Shown here: piece after piece, positions 35,639-64,000 of the stretch
Layout: each line of letters opens with the position of its first letter
How positions within the stretch are numbered: position 1 is the first letter of the stretch
Assembly: GCA_963693365.1 (NCBI GenBank)
Contig: CAVNZM010000010.1
Coordinates: 8,619,794 to 8,683,793, forward strand
Origin: Amoebidium appalachense
Taxonomy: Eukaryota; Protista; Ichthyosporea
DNA: 64,000 bases
Direction of reading: 5' to 3'
Translations under genes and position numbers: made by a program
Notes under the pieces: model-generated
The model's database searches: none
What the model was told of the DNA's origin: nothing
What the model saw: the letters and a program-made list of their open reading frames with translations, nothing else

Positions 35639-35938
35639 CTTAAACCCCGGATCCCCCCCCCCTCCCCCTAGCTAGGCTACCTTACGCCCAGTTGCAAGAA
35701 GGGCCATTTAATTCCCAAGTTTTCTCCTTTCTCTTTTCTTCCAAAGGCTTTCTTTTTTCCCCTTTCTTTTCCCTTCTTTCCCTCCTTCTTTCTTTCTTGT
35801 CTTTTTATTTTTGTTTCCCCCGGGAGGGGGGGAGGGGGGGGGAGGGGGGGGGGATTGCTTACACGTGCAGGTGGCTGTACTGCATGCCACCTTGTTTTTG
35901 TGCTGTATACGTGCATGCGTGTCCAATATTGGTTTTCG

Positions 35939-35972
<34 letters not shown>

Positions 35973-36034
35973 TCCGTACACACATGCGCGCACGCGCGCG
36001 CACACACACACACACATACACACACCGTGGCATA

Positions 36035-36096
<62 letters not shown>

Positions 36097-36252
36097 CGCA
36101 CACACGCACACACGCACACTCACACGCGCACGCACGCACGCACATACCCGGTGCGCTCCCCCGTACTGAGTCTCGCATGTACACCTTATACATAACCGGC
36201 CACACAGACTCTTGCGCAGCCTTGGACACCACATACCCACAGACAGACACAC

Positions 36253-36323
<71 letters not shown>

Positions 36324-36556
36324 CACACACACACATACATGTGCGCGCGAGTATACACCTTACACACACACGATTTGAGTTACAGGCACACACACAAACA
36401 CACACACACACGCACACACTCACTCAGGCACGTGACACACACCCACACTCACACGGTGAGCTCCCGCGCACTCGCATGTACACCTTATACATACACGTAC
36501 GTATACACAGAGTCTCGCGCAGCCTTGGACACACACACACGCGCGCGCGCACACAC

Positions 36557-37740
36557 AGACAGCCACATACACACGCACAAAGGCACACACAGCCACATAC
36601 ACACGCACAAAGGCACACACAGCCACATACACACGCACAAAGGCACACACAGCCACATACACACGCACAAAGGCACACACAGCCACATACACACGCACAA
36701 AGGCACACACAGCCACATACACACGCACAAAGGCACACACAGTAACATACACACGCACAGAGGCACACACACAGCCACATACACACGCACAGAGGCACAC
36801 ACACAGCCACATACACACGCACAAAGGCACACACACAGCCACATACACACGCACAAAGGCACACACACAGCCACATACACACGCACAAAGGCACACACAC
36901 AGCCACATACACACGCACAAAGGCACACACACAGCCACATACACACGCACAAAGGCACACACAGCCACATACACACGCACAAACTTTGAAGGCACACACA
37001 GCCACATACACACGCACAAAGGCACACACACAGCCACATACACACGCACAAAGGCACACACGCAGCCATATACACACGCGCACACATACAGCCACATACA
37101 CACGCACAAAGGCACACACACAGCCACATACACACGCACAAAGGCACACACACAGCCACATACACACGCACAAAGGCACGCACACAGCCACATACACACG
37201 CACAAAGGCACGCACACAGCCACATACACACGCACAAAGGCACACACACAGCCACATACACAGGCACAAAGGCACACACACAGCCACATACACACGCACA
37301 AAGGCACACACAGCCACATACACACGCACAAACTTTGAAGGCACACACAGCCACATACACACGCACAAAGGCACACACACAGCCACATACACACACACAA
37401 AGGCACACACACAGCCACATACACACGCGCACACATACAGCCACATACACACGCACAAAGGCACACACACAGCCACATACACACGCACAAAGGCACACAC
37501 ACAGCCACATACACACGCGCAAAGGCACACACACAGCCACATACACACGCACAAAAGCACACACACAGCCACATACACACGCACAAAGGCACACACACAG
37601 CCACATACACACGCACAAAGGCACACACGCACAAAGGCACACACACAGCCACATACACACGCACAAAGGCACACACACAGCCACATACACACGCACAAAG
37701 GCACACACACAGCCACATACACACGCACAAAGGCACACAC
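36557..37740. repeat. 30-32 bp CA-rich minisatellite, about 37 copies
   Basis: Unit ACAGCCACATACACACGCACAAAGGCACAC(AC); higher-order duplication marked by AAACTTTGAAGG at ~36981 and ~37330. Confidence 0.95.
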
Positions 37741-38362
37741 ACGCACATTTCAGCGCGCGAGTATACACCGCGACATGAGGGTTGCACACAAGGAGTGGGG
37801 AAGGTTGGTCCATACAACTAAATATTATCCATGATGTGAATTAATTTATCAACGCACCGGGTCTGGTAACTCAAACACCTCAAATAGCCATCAACAAGCA
37901 CACTGCTGTAGCTGTAGGGTACTGTGGCCTCATAGATAGTCTCTGTGTGGGGGCGGCTGAAAAACACAAAATAATTATTAGGCAATGCATGCACACGAGG
38001 GGCAGTGCTCACATGCGATATCTCATGATATAAACAACGGAAACCAAGCTATCGGTTAAGGTGGCACCAACCCATCACGATATATGTGGCCCCCATGCTA
38101 TTCATTATTAATAATACTCTCATATGCACCAGCTCTATATGGCTGCGCCTTCTAAATGTTTCAATCGTTGTTATAATTATCCATTTGAGACTTCTCCCAT
38201 ATATGGATGGTCCCCTATATGTTTGGTAGACAGTTTTCCCATCCGTCATCTTGCACCATATACCTTAATTATGGAAATATTTTGCCCGAACCCTGGGCCA
38301 AGCATATCAAGTGTCCGGTCATGCAAACACTTCATCAGTATTATAGAAACTATATTTGCCCT

Positions 38363-38395
<33 letters not shown>

Positions 38396-38438
38396 CTCTT
38401 TAGATTTGTAGAATTGCGGTAACCCCTCAGTGCCTCAT

Positions 38439-39024
38439 TCACACATGGGTACTACTCATTAGCTGCACGCTGCTTGTGGCCTGGGGGGCCAGGAATGCAG
38501 CCGTCGTGTTTGGAGAGACAGTGTCGAAGTCCCGCGAGGACAGGGCTGAGGATGTCGTACGTGAGGCCGGACTCTTTCCATTCTCCCTAAACTCGTGGGG
38601 GTTTCCAAGTTTCACCAATTTCTCCCTGAGCACAGTCTCCCTCTGCCGTGCCTCCTGCAGCTCATTCTCCAGCTCCTGCAATTTCACATCAAAACCCCCC
38701 TCACAGTCATTTTCCGACTTACTCGTTGATGATGCCCCCTTGTGTGCCGATGCCCTCGTGCTTGGTCGTTTTGTGCCCAAACCAGTTGTTGCACCCGTAG
38801 CATATGTGGCAGCATTTGATGTGGACGTGAGAAGTATTCCATATGCGTTAAGGATTTTGGGAACGAAAAACACAGAAACGAAAAACACAACGCTGAAAAC
38901 GGTTGCTAGGGCCCAGAGAATGAAACGGTCTGCCATTTTGTCCAAAACGAACAGCACCATGGGAAGGACGATCACTCCCATGGCAGCCTGCATGACGGAT
39001 GCGGCAAACACGAACTTGCTCTCT

Positions 39025-39092
<68 letters not shown>

Positions 39093-39750
39093 AGGAGAGG
39101 AGGGGGGCAGGGGATGGGGTCAGAGGGGGATCTGAGAGGAAGGGAGAGGGGGGGGGGGGGGGGGGAGGGGGGGAGGGTAAGAAAAATTTGATACTTCGGG
39201 GAAAGTGAGGGTTGTATGAAACCGTGTGTATGATGTGTGTTGTTAGGTGTAGGAAAAAAAGGGAGGCAAAGGGGAGGGAAGGGGGGGGGGAGGGGGGGGG
39301 GGGGGAGGGAGTTATCGGCCCACGGTCAGAGTAAATCACAATATGCAGGTTTTTGCTTCAAAGATCATCATTCAGCTCTGGGCTAGGTAGCCAATCAACA
39401 GTGTTGCCCCATCACTATACAACCCCCCTCCCCCTCCCCCCCCCCTCCCCCCGTTGCGCCCCCCTGCAAATCGCTGCACATGCCATGCACTGCAAATTGA
39501 AGAGTGGAAATGAGGGGGGGGGGGGGAGGGGATGGGGTTGGGATGGAGGGAAAGGGGGAGAGGGGGTAGCTGGTTGCCAGTGTGGTCCAATCACTAAGCA
39601 ACCGAACGGCCCTGTCTCCCCCCCCCCCCCCCCCCCTTCTCCCCACCCTCTAACCATGGCATGTGTTGGCAGGAGTGGTGAGTGAGCGTGTTATGTGTGT
39701 GTGTGGGGGGGGGGGGGGGAGGGGGCAGGGGCCGGGGGAGGTGTGTGTGT

Positions 39751-39781
<31 letters not shown>

Positions 39782-40700
39782 GGGGGAGGGCTGCTGGTGA
39801 GATGTACGATTGGACTACCCTTTCTAAAGCGTATGGGTGCGTTTTGTTTGTGTGTGTGTGTTGGGGGGGGGGGGGGGAGGGGGGGGAGGGCAAGGGAGGT
39901 GGGGGGGGTGGGAGGGGGGGGAGGGGAGGGGCTAGGAAGGCCGTGCCGGCTCTCAACAAGCCATGCACCTTATAGGCTAAAAAAAAAAAAAAAAAGGAAG
40001 GGAAGAGGATGGCAGAGGAGCTGTAGCATACCAAGCACATAACAACGTTCGGCAGGAAAACACGCAAAACAATGCAGAGGGGGGAGGGGTGGAGGGGGGG
40101 AAGATGGGGGGGGGGGGTAAAGTGGGTGGGAGGGTAAACTAAAGGCGGGGGGGGGGGGGGGGGGGGGAGGAAGGAGGGGAGGGGGGGGGAAACCTTTGAA
40201 TGATGAGGGGACATTGCGGATGCGCCAGGACGTGGCCACGTTCATTCCCAGCAGCAACACACAGTTGGCCACATAGAGCACTATGAGTGCGATGTTGGTT
40301 GTGAAATTGCTGGCTATCTCCAGCGGGATATCCCGGGTGATGGATAGTTCCCGGATGGGCAGGGCGGTGTCTCTGGTGGTGGGGTGTAGGGGGAGCAGGA
40401 GGGTGTAGAGCACGAGCAAGAGGGTGTCTGCCGCCACCAAGAGCACAAAGGGAAGAAGCAGCCGCTGGTCTGTGAGCTGCACACGGTGCGCACTGCCCTT
40501 GGTTTGGAAGATGGCCTGGGGGGTTATGGGGTGTGTTATTAAAGGGATTAAAGCGGAATATATATACACGGAGGATTACGGTGCATGTGTAGTGGAGGTT
40601 AAGGTAGAAGAGAGGAGTGGAGGGAGGGAGGGATGAAGAATGTATAAGGAGGGAGGTAAGGTGGGGGATGGGTATTAGATGCCATTGGCTGTGGCGGGGT

Positions 40701-40748
<48 letters not shown>

Positions 40749-41740
40749 ATGGAGTGGGGGGGGGGGGGGGAAGGGAGGAGGGGAGGTGTTAAAGGGCAGG
40801 ATTTGATACCGGAGGAGAATGGATTAGGAAGAGAAGAGGAGTAGGGTCGACATCATCACTTTGGAGGAGGGGGCGGGAAGGGGGAGGAGGGGAAGGAGGG
40901 AGGGGGGGGGGGGGGGGGGGGGGGGGCTGGCAATTGCATTAGCACGGACGTCGTAAATTTGGGTTGGTTGGGTGTTGGGGGGATATAATCCAAGAGAAAC
41001 AGGAGGACCAAGGGGGAAAGTGCACAAACAGCAGTAGACCATGGCATGCACACACGGCACTTGAGGAAAGATGGGGGGAGGAGTGGGGGGGGGGGGGGGG
41101 GGGGGGGGGGAGGGGAGGAGGGGAGGGGAGAGGGGGGGGGGGGGGGGGGGAAGGGGGAGGAGGAGGGGGGTGGGGGGGACGAAAGGTGCTGGTAGTGGCA
41201 GCATTCAGGTGCATGTAACATGCATGCAATACACACATGGGGTAGATAGCACGAGACATCTAGGAGGGAATGACACTGTCTACTTTATTCACAGAGACAG
41301 CACGGAATGTGGCAGGGTAACTTGATGGGAAATGAATGCAGGCTAGAAGATGTCTTGCTTGTTGTAAAGGGTATGCAACGGCTAAGGGCACATAACCAGC
41401 CACTTTCAAGTGCCTAGGAACTCAAAAAAGGGGAAGTGGGAGGGTGAACTGTTAGGAAGGTGAAGGGGGGAGGGGGAGGAAGGGAGGGAGAGAGGGTGAG
41501 GGGGAGGGGGGGAGATAGGGGGGGAGGGGGGGGGGGGGGGGATGGCAGCTGAGCTAACGAGGATACAGACACGGTGTGTGCACGTGCAAGTAATCTGATT
41601 GGGTGGCATCATAGCCAGCCACTTTCAAGTGCCTAGGAACTCGGAAGGAGGAAAATGGGAGGGTGATCTGTTAGGAAGGGGGTGGGAGGGGGGAGAGGGA
41701 AGGGGAGGGAGGGTTTTTTTTTTTTTTTTTTTTTTTTTGT

Positions 41741-41780
<40 letters not shown>

Positions 41781-43312
41781 GGGATGGGGGGGAGGGTGGG
41801 TTTTGGGGGGGAGGGACGGGGGGGAGGGGGGGGGGGGGGGGCTGGGGGGTGGCAGCTGAGCTAACCAGGATACAGACAGACACGGTGTGTGCACGTGCAT
41901 GTATTCTGGCTGGATGGCATCGGGGGCTGCATTTTGTGCTTTAACCTCCTAGATGCATCCAATCTCCCCAGGAAAGGGGGGGGGGGGGGGGGGGCTGGGG
42001 AACAGGTCGAAGGGTACCTGTATGCGGTAGAGCTTGACAGCCAGTGCCGAGTAAGTGATGCCGTAGCCTAAAAATAGCATCCACACCCCCGCAGTCAGCC
42101 GGGGCTGGTCTGGTGGGCCGGCAAAGAGGATGTTGGAGGCCAGCACCATCACACAGCCCACAAGCATCAGCAGGCAGTAGCTGGGCGAGGCGCTCCGCAG
42201 AGAGCGCGCTGTTCTATTTTGCCACGTGAGCGCCCCCACGGCCAGGGAATAGGCAATGCCGATGCCCGACAGCACATAGACCACAGTGGCTCGTGTGCCC
42301 TTCTGCCCCGGATACAGGCACTCTGTGGGGAACGGTTTGGGGAGGTCCACACCGTCACGGCATGTGGGGGGTTTCTTGAAGGAAATCAATTTCATTTCGG
42401 TAGCCTCATCGCATGGTGCCGTGTAATCGATAACGAGATCGCTGGCACGGCACAGGGGGAGAAGTAGCCGGTCAATGACGGCACATGCACGCTCGGTGGC
42501 GGCCTGCACGGTCACATTCATAACGAGTAGCTCCAATAGAAGGCTGCGGAACACCCTGGCATCTTCCATCTCCACCATCATGTCCATGGCCGTGGTCGAG
42601 GGGCCGTGGGGGAAAAACGAATTAACCGCCAAAAGGGCGCTGTGGTAGCGGGGGTATAGGGAGTAATAGACGTCCTCGTTAATTTCGGCATTGTAGTAGT
42701 TAAGGTCAAAGGCCTTGCGGAATGCGGGAAATTGGCGCAATTTAAGGGCACTGATGTGGGCATACGGGGAGCCCACGGGGTTCATTAGCCGGAAAAGAAG
42801 CTCATATGCCGTGCGCCCATGCGTGCTGTTAATGGTCACCCCAAACCCCGTGCCGCTGAAAATTGTGACCCCCCCGGGCAGATCGGTGCTGTTGGACTCG
42901 GGGTAAACGTCATTTCGCGTGCTGAATGCAAACCCGTTGAGGGGGGGTCTAGACGCATCGTCATCGAAAAAGTGGGAGTCAAAGGGGATGCCTAGGGTGG
43001 TGGGGTCACTGGTGGGGGTCCACGAACTCTTCCACGCCTGAAATTGCGCACTGTCGGCGGGGTACCAATTTGGATCCATCACCTGGGGGTAGGGAAGTTT
43101 GAAAAAGGAGTCGTGTTAGTGGAGATGCATGGGGCCACAAAGAAGGGGTGCCTACGGGAGCCTCGGGGGGATGGATGAGGGGGGGGCACGAGATAAACAG
43201 CGTAAGGTAGCCGGCGGTAAATGGATGATGGGGAATGAAAGAGATGGAGAATGGCCGGGGATTGGAATATGGTAGGTGGGGGGCGAGAGGAGGGGAGGGT
43301 TGGTGTGTGTGT

Positions 43313-43343
<31 letters not shown>

Positions 43344-44502
43344 GGGGGGGGAGAGGTAGTTGTTGGGAAAGGAGAGCCTGTGGGGGAAAAGAGGAGGGCG
43401 GTGCTTCGGGGGGGGGGGGGGGGGGGGGGGAGTTCGGGAGGGGGGCATATAAATAAAACACATTTAGTTAGCAAGGTGCCAGATAGGTGTTTGCACATGG
43501 ACCCACAGAGGCAGGTTGCAGCCAATCAGATCTGTGCAATAAGGTCATTGTGGAATGTGCGGATCCGAGGGAGCATTATCCGTATGCCGGGGTGCCCATT
43601 ATGCAAGGGGTGTGGGGTGGGGTGGGGTGTGGAGGGGGCGCGGGGGGGGGGGGAGGGGGGTTCAATACCTCCTTAAATTTCGGAAGGTATTTTTGCAGCA
43701 CAGCTTGAAATTTGGGCTCCGTGAGGCCACACCTGACCCTCCCCTCGCTCTGGCGGAACACCATGGCATGTTCCGCAATGCCCAGGGCCGTGATGAACGA
43801 CTGCTCCTCATTCTCGCCAGGCTCGAAAACAAACGACGGCTTCTGTGTTGCGTTTTTGATTGGATGCAAATATCGGTCGAACATAGCGTCCCAGGTCCAC
43901 CCTTCGAACACAACCTCTTTTTCACCGCTGCTTCTCAACCCCCACGCTGCGTACTCGGCGGCACTCACCATCCTTCCCAAGTGGGCATTATTGGTGGGCG
44001 GGTTGACAACGCCGAAGGGAGGGATCGGTTTTTGCACTGCCCCAGCTGTGACGGGGTTAAAGATTGTGTAGCGACTGTCTACCGTGTAGGGCATACCGTA
44101 GTAGTGGCTTTCAACTTGGAGCAGCTGCTGAAAACTGGGAAACGCATCCGCGGTAGGCAAATTTCCGGACTTTTCATATTCCGACTGCAAAAACGGCATC
44201 AAGTCCATGATTGCACCCTTGCGTACCCACTGTGCTAGCCGTGTGATTTTGGAAAATACGACATCCGGGAGGGTGGCGTTTGTGAGCAATGCCGTATCGA
44301 AGTCTTTTGGCTGGCGGTGGTACACCTCCACCACTAGGCCAGAGGTGCTCTGGTTGGCGTGCATGCAGATGGTGTCAAGGGACGCCTGCGGGATCACGGG
44401 TTAGAAGGAGTAAACATCTGGGAGGGGAAGGAATAAAAAAATCCTGGTCCTACGAGGAGGCTGCTCAAGCTTCCCCTTATCTTCCTAGTTCTTTTTCCCC
44501 CC

Positions 44503-44541
<39 letters not shown>

Positions 44542-44722
44542 CCCCCCCCCCCCCCCCTCCCCCTCCTCCCCCCCCCCCCCCCCCCCCCCCCCCCCACCTC
44601 TCCTTCCCCCTCCCGTCATCTTTCATTCGCTCTTTCTGTTTTTCTTTTGTTTTATTTCTTTCTCCTTGGTTTTCTTTGTGCGCGCGCCTGTGTGTTTGTC
44701 AATTGGATGGGGGACGGGGATC

Positions 44723-44776
<54 letters not shown>

Positions 44777-45374
44777 GGGGGGAGGCTTTAAGTTGAGAGT
44801 CGCAACAAGCGTCACACACTACATGCCTATAAATGATAAATACACAGTCCCAACACAAACACACTTTCCAACCATACCTACACGCCCACTCACTTCGCAA
44901 CCATCTCGACCAAACCAGAACTATTCATACCTTGATAATCTCGTCTGTAACCACGTTGCTGTACGTGTTCCACACCACAACCCTCTCCTCCCCCTCCACC
45001 ATCCTCTCTGGCTCGTCCCTAAGTGCTACCCTGTAGTATGCCACCTCATTGCCGTCCAGGGTTGGGCATGCACGTGGACCTGTGATGACTGGAGGCACAC
45101 TCTCAAGGACCTCACCCTGCGCACTGTATGCAAACACACGTGGAGTACCGTGTGCACAGCACCCTGCATCGCACAGAGACTTTGCATGCGCTGCAAAGGT
45201 CGCCTGACACACTTCAAACATGCTGTCGGTCACGTCGGGGGGATAGCGCGATGCTTGCTGCTGAGGCTGTGCTTGGGCTGTTGCACTTGTGGTTGTATTT
45301 TGGGCACTGCATGCAGGAATAGACAGCACTATCGCCACAGAGGCAAGGGCCCGCAGCCCTAGAGTGGGCGTCAT
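38439..45374 (-). CDS. GABA-B-like class C GPCR with a sugar ABC-transporter solute-binding-protein-like ectodomain, 1043 aa
   Basis: Exons 45374-44931, 44385-43669, 43082-42018, 40515-40194, 39022-38439, all GT-AG and in phase (3132 nt). Signal peptide MTPTLGLRALASVAIVLSIPACSA; SBP-like motifs LPDVVF, KGAIMDLMPF, YYGMPYTVDSRYTIFN, WTWD, SGTGFGVTINSTHGRTAYELL; Cys-rich linker; 7TM motifs LRSASPSY, VWMLFLGYGITYSALAVKLYRIQAIF, WRIRNVPSSFKESK, FFVPKI; C-terminal coiled coil. Confidence 0.9.
41395..41910. repeat. Tandem duplication of a ~220-290 bp intronic unit
   Basis: AGCCACTTTCAAGTGCCTAGGAACTC...GGCAGCTGAGCTAAC.AGGATACAGAC..ACGGTGTGTGCACGTGCA occurs twice; second copy has expanded T and G runs. 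Confidence 0.85.
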
Positions 45375-46789
45375 GGTGTTGAGGATTATTAAACGTAACG
45401 GAGCTGATATGTGTGTTACACAGGGCTACTACAAATGTTAGGCATGTGTATGTATGGTGCGGTTGGCTTTGGGTTTTGGAAGACTGATCGACTGCGAGAA
45501 ATGGACACCCAGAACGGTCGTGCTGTGCTCGAATGACGGAAATTGACTATGTGCGCAGTTTGCAATTGGCTTTGTGACCAAAAGACGAAATTATGGAGCA
45601 GGGCGGGTCCTCGGAACTGTGTAGTTGTTTACAGAGTGGCAACCCCATTGGCAGCTCAGGCATAGCACCATAGTGCGCTCATGCGTCTGCACCAGTAAGA
45701 TAGCTACGTTCTGCCGCGGGTACACTTTGTACACTTGGGAAATTCGGGAAGCAGAAAAGCGCCAGCGTGCGGTGTGTTCAAGATCAAATGAACGGCGTGC
45801 TTTCCATATTTAACTTGATTTGTTTATGCTTTATTACTTGTTGTTGTATTTTGACGTCATATCAAACTCCATATTCCTTCAACCTTGTGGGGGCCAGACG
45901 ATGGAAGCCTCATGGCCCTGAGTGTGGCCGGGTCGGGCGCCCTTTGAAGATTCCGGGAAAATGCGGCGGAATTAAAGGCAGTGTGATGGTTGGCTGCTGG
46001 CGCATCATTGTTTACATTCCAACAGGCATTTTGGTCCAATAGGAACTGGTACTCATTCTTGGGTTTCAGGGATTGGCTCAACGCGCACCACAGCCAATTA
46101 CCGGCTAAAGGCTTGGTGTGCACACTGTGTTACGTGTGTATAGCAACAAAACACAAAAAAACATGATACCAACTACAATATAATACATGCAAGCCATTTC
46201 TTGCTGCCTCTGCCGCTGCGCTGTGACTCCTGATGCTATTGGTTTATCTCATGCTTCATGCATACATGCCAACTTCAAGGATGAACGACCGGATGCCTAC
46301 ACGGCATATACCGCAGCTCCTGAGTGAGTGCCGAGGACAGTCGGACGACTCCACGTCCCGGTACGCGCATGTGCACATGCATCACCTCAGTGTTCCTTCG
46401 CACGGATAGCATTGGTATGGAGTTGTAAGACGCGTGTGCTAGGTATAATGTATACATAGGTGCCGGGATCAGATTTGAATAGGTCGCAGCTGGTCGAGAG
46501 CAGATAGCTATAGGGCTCTGCAAGAGAGGACCCGATTACTGTATCTAACTCACTGATCTTATCTCCATCATGATCAGGAGAAAGAAGCATGCCGTTTCCA
46601 AAAGCAACTTTAAGATCATTACGTTTTTTTTCTCGTTCTCCCTCGCTCTCGAGCTCCTTTTTGATGTCTCCCTCTCCTGTTCTCTCTGTGACTCTCATGC
46701 GGCCTCTCCGCCCTCACAACCCTCCTCGAGTACCCCCCGCCCCCTCCTCTCCTTCTCTCTTCTCTCTCACTCCTCTCTCTCTCTAGCTA

Positions 46790-48510
<1,721 letters not shown>

Positions 48511-48775
48511 CAGATTGTTGATTGTTGGGCCAAGTTCACAGGGCTGATAGATCTAATCAAACTTATTCGCGCCGCCGAGCCAATCAGCGGCATTATCATT
48601 CTCGATTTCGGATTGGTGGCTACTCGTTATATTTGCAACTGTCACAACCAGGCTAGCCTGCAGCAGCTGGCTGCATTTTGAAGGCCCTGTACATGTAGAC
48701 AGGACACAGGCACATATACTTATCCGCGCATACACGACACACATATCCCCCCGGGCCGTCACCGCAGCAGTCAGC

Positions 48776-64000
<15,225 letters not shown>

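Noticed and set aside
35811-37834. Long 280-465 aa ORFs on both strands
   Set aside because: Translations of the CA-rich minisatellite; open in several frames only because the repeat lacks stops.
44386-44417. Upstream AG at 44418 as acceptor for GPCR exon 2
   Set aside because: Introduces a stop; the CTAAC branch point lies downstream of it and the CAG before 44385 keeps the frame.

Overview
Eukaryotic genomic DNA with spliceosomal introns, extremely rich in poly-C/poly-G runs, (CA)n/(GT)n and (CT)n/(GA)n microsatellites and intronic minisatellites; almost all ORFs in the supplied track are simple-repeat noise. Reading splice sites and reading phase by hand gives five genes: (1) an unknown protein with an N-terminal CPHC..CPHC zinc ribbon and C-terminal coiled coil (+, 1307-9751); (2) a TNFAIP8/TIPE-family gene whose ATG appears split by an intron (+, 22350-28702); (3) a class-C-like 7TM protein with an extra N-terminal TM helix and no ligand-binding ectodomain (+, 32511-~34619); (4) a 1043-aa GABA-B-like class C GPCR whose ectodomain resembles a bacterial sugar ABC-transporter solute-binding protein rather than a Venus flytrap (-, 45374-38439); (5) the 5' 20 exons of a DIS3L exoribonuclease (+, 48776 to window end). 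Also present: a decayed non-LTR-like remnant, a Tc1/mariner-type MITE, a dispersed intronic repeat and several tandem repeats seeded at splice junctions. The gene set suggests an opisthokont, possibly a unicellular holozoan or early-diverging fungus (inference only). The best candidate for a novel system is the SBP-GPCR and its convergent, ectodomain-less 7TM neighbour. All family calls are from recalled motifs; no database search was run.
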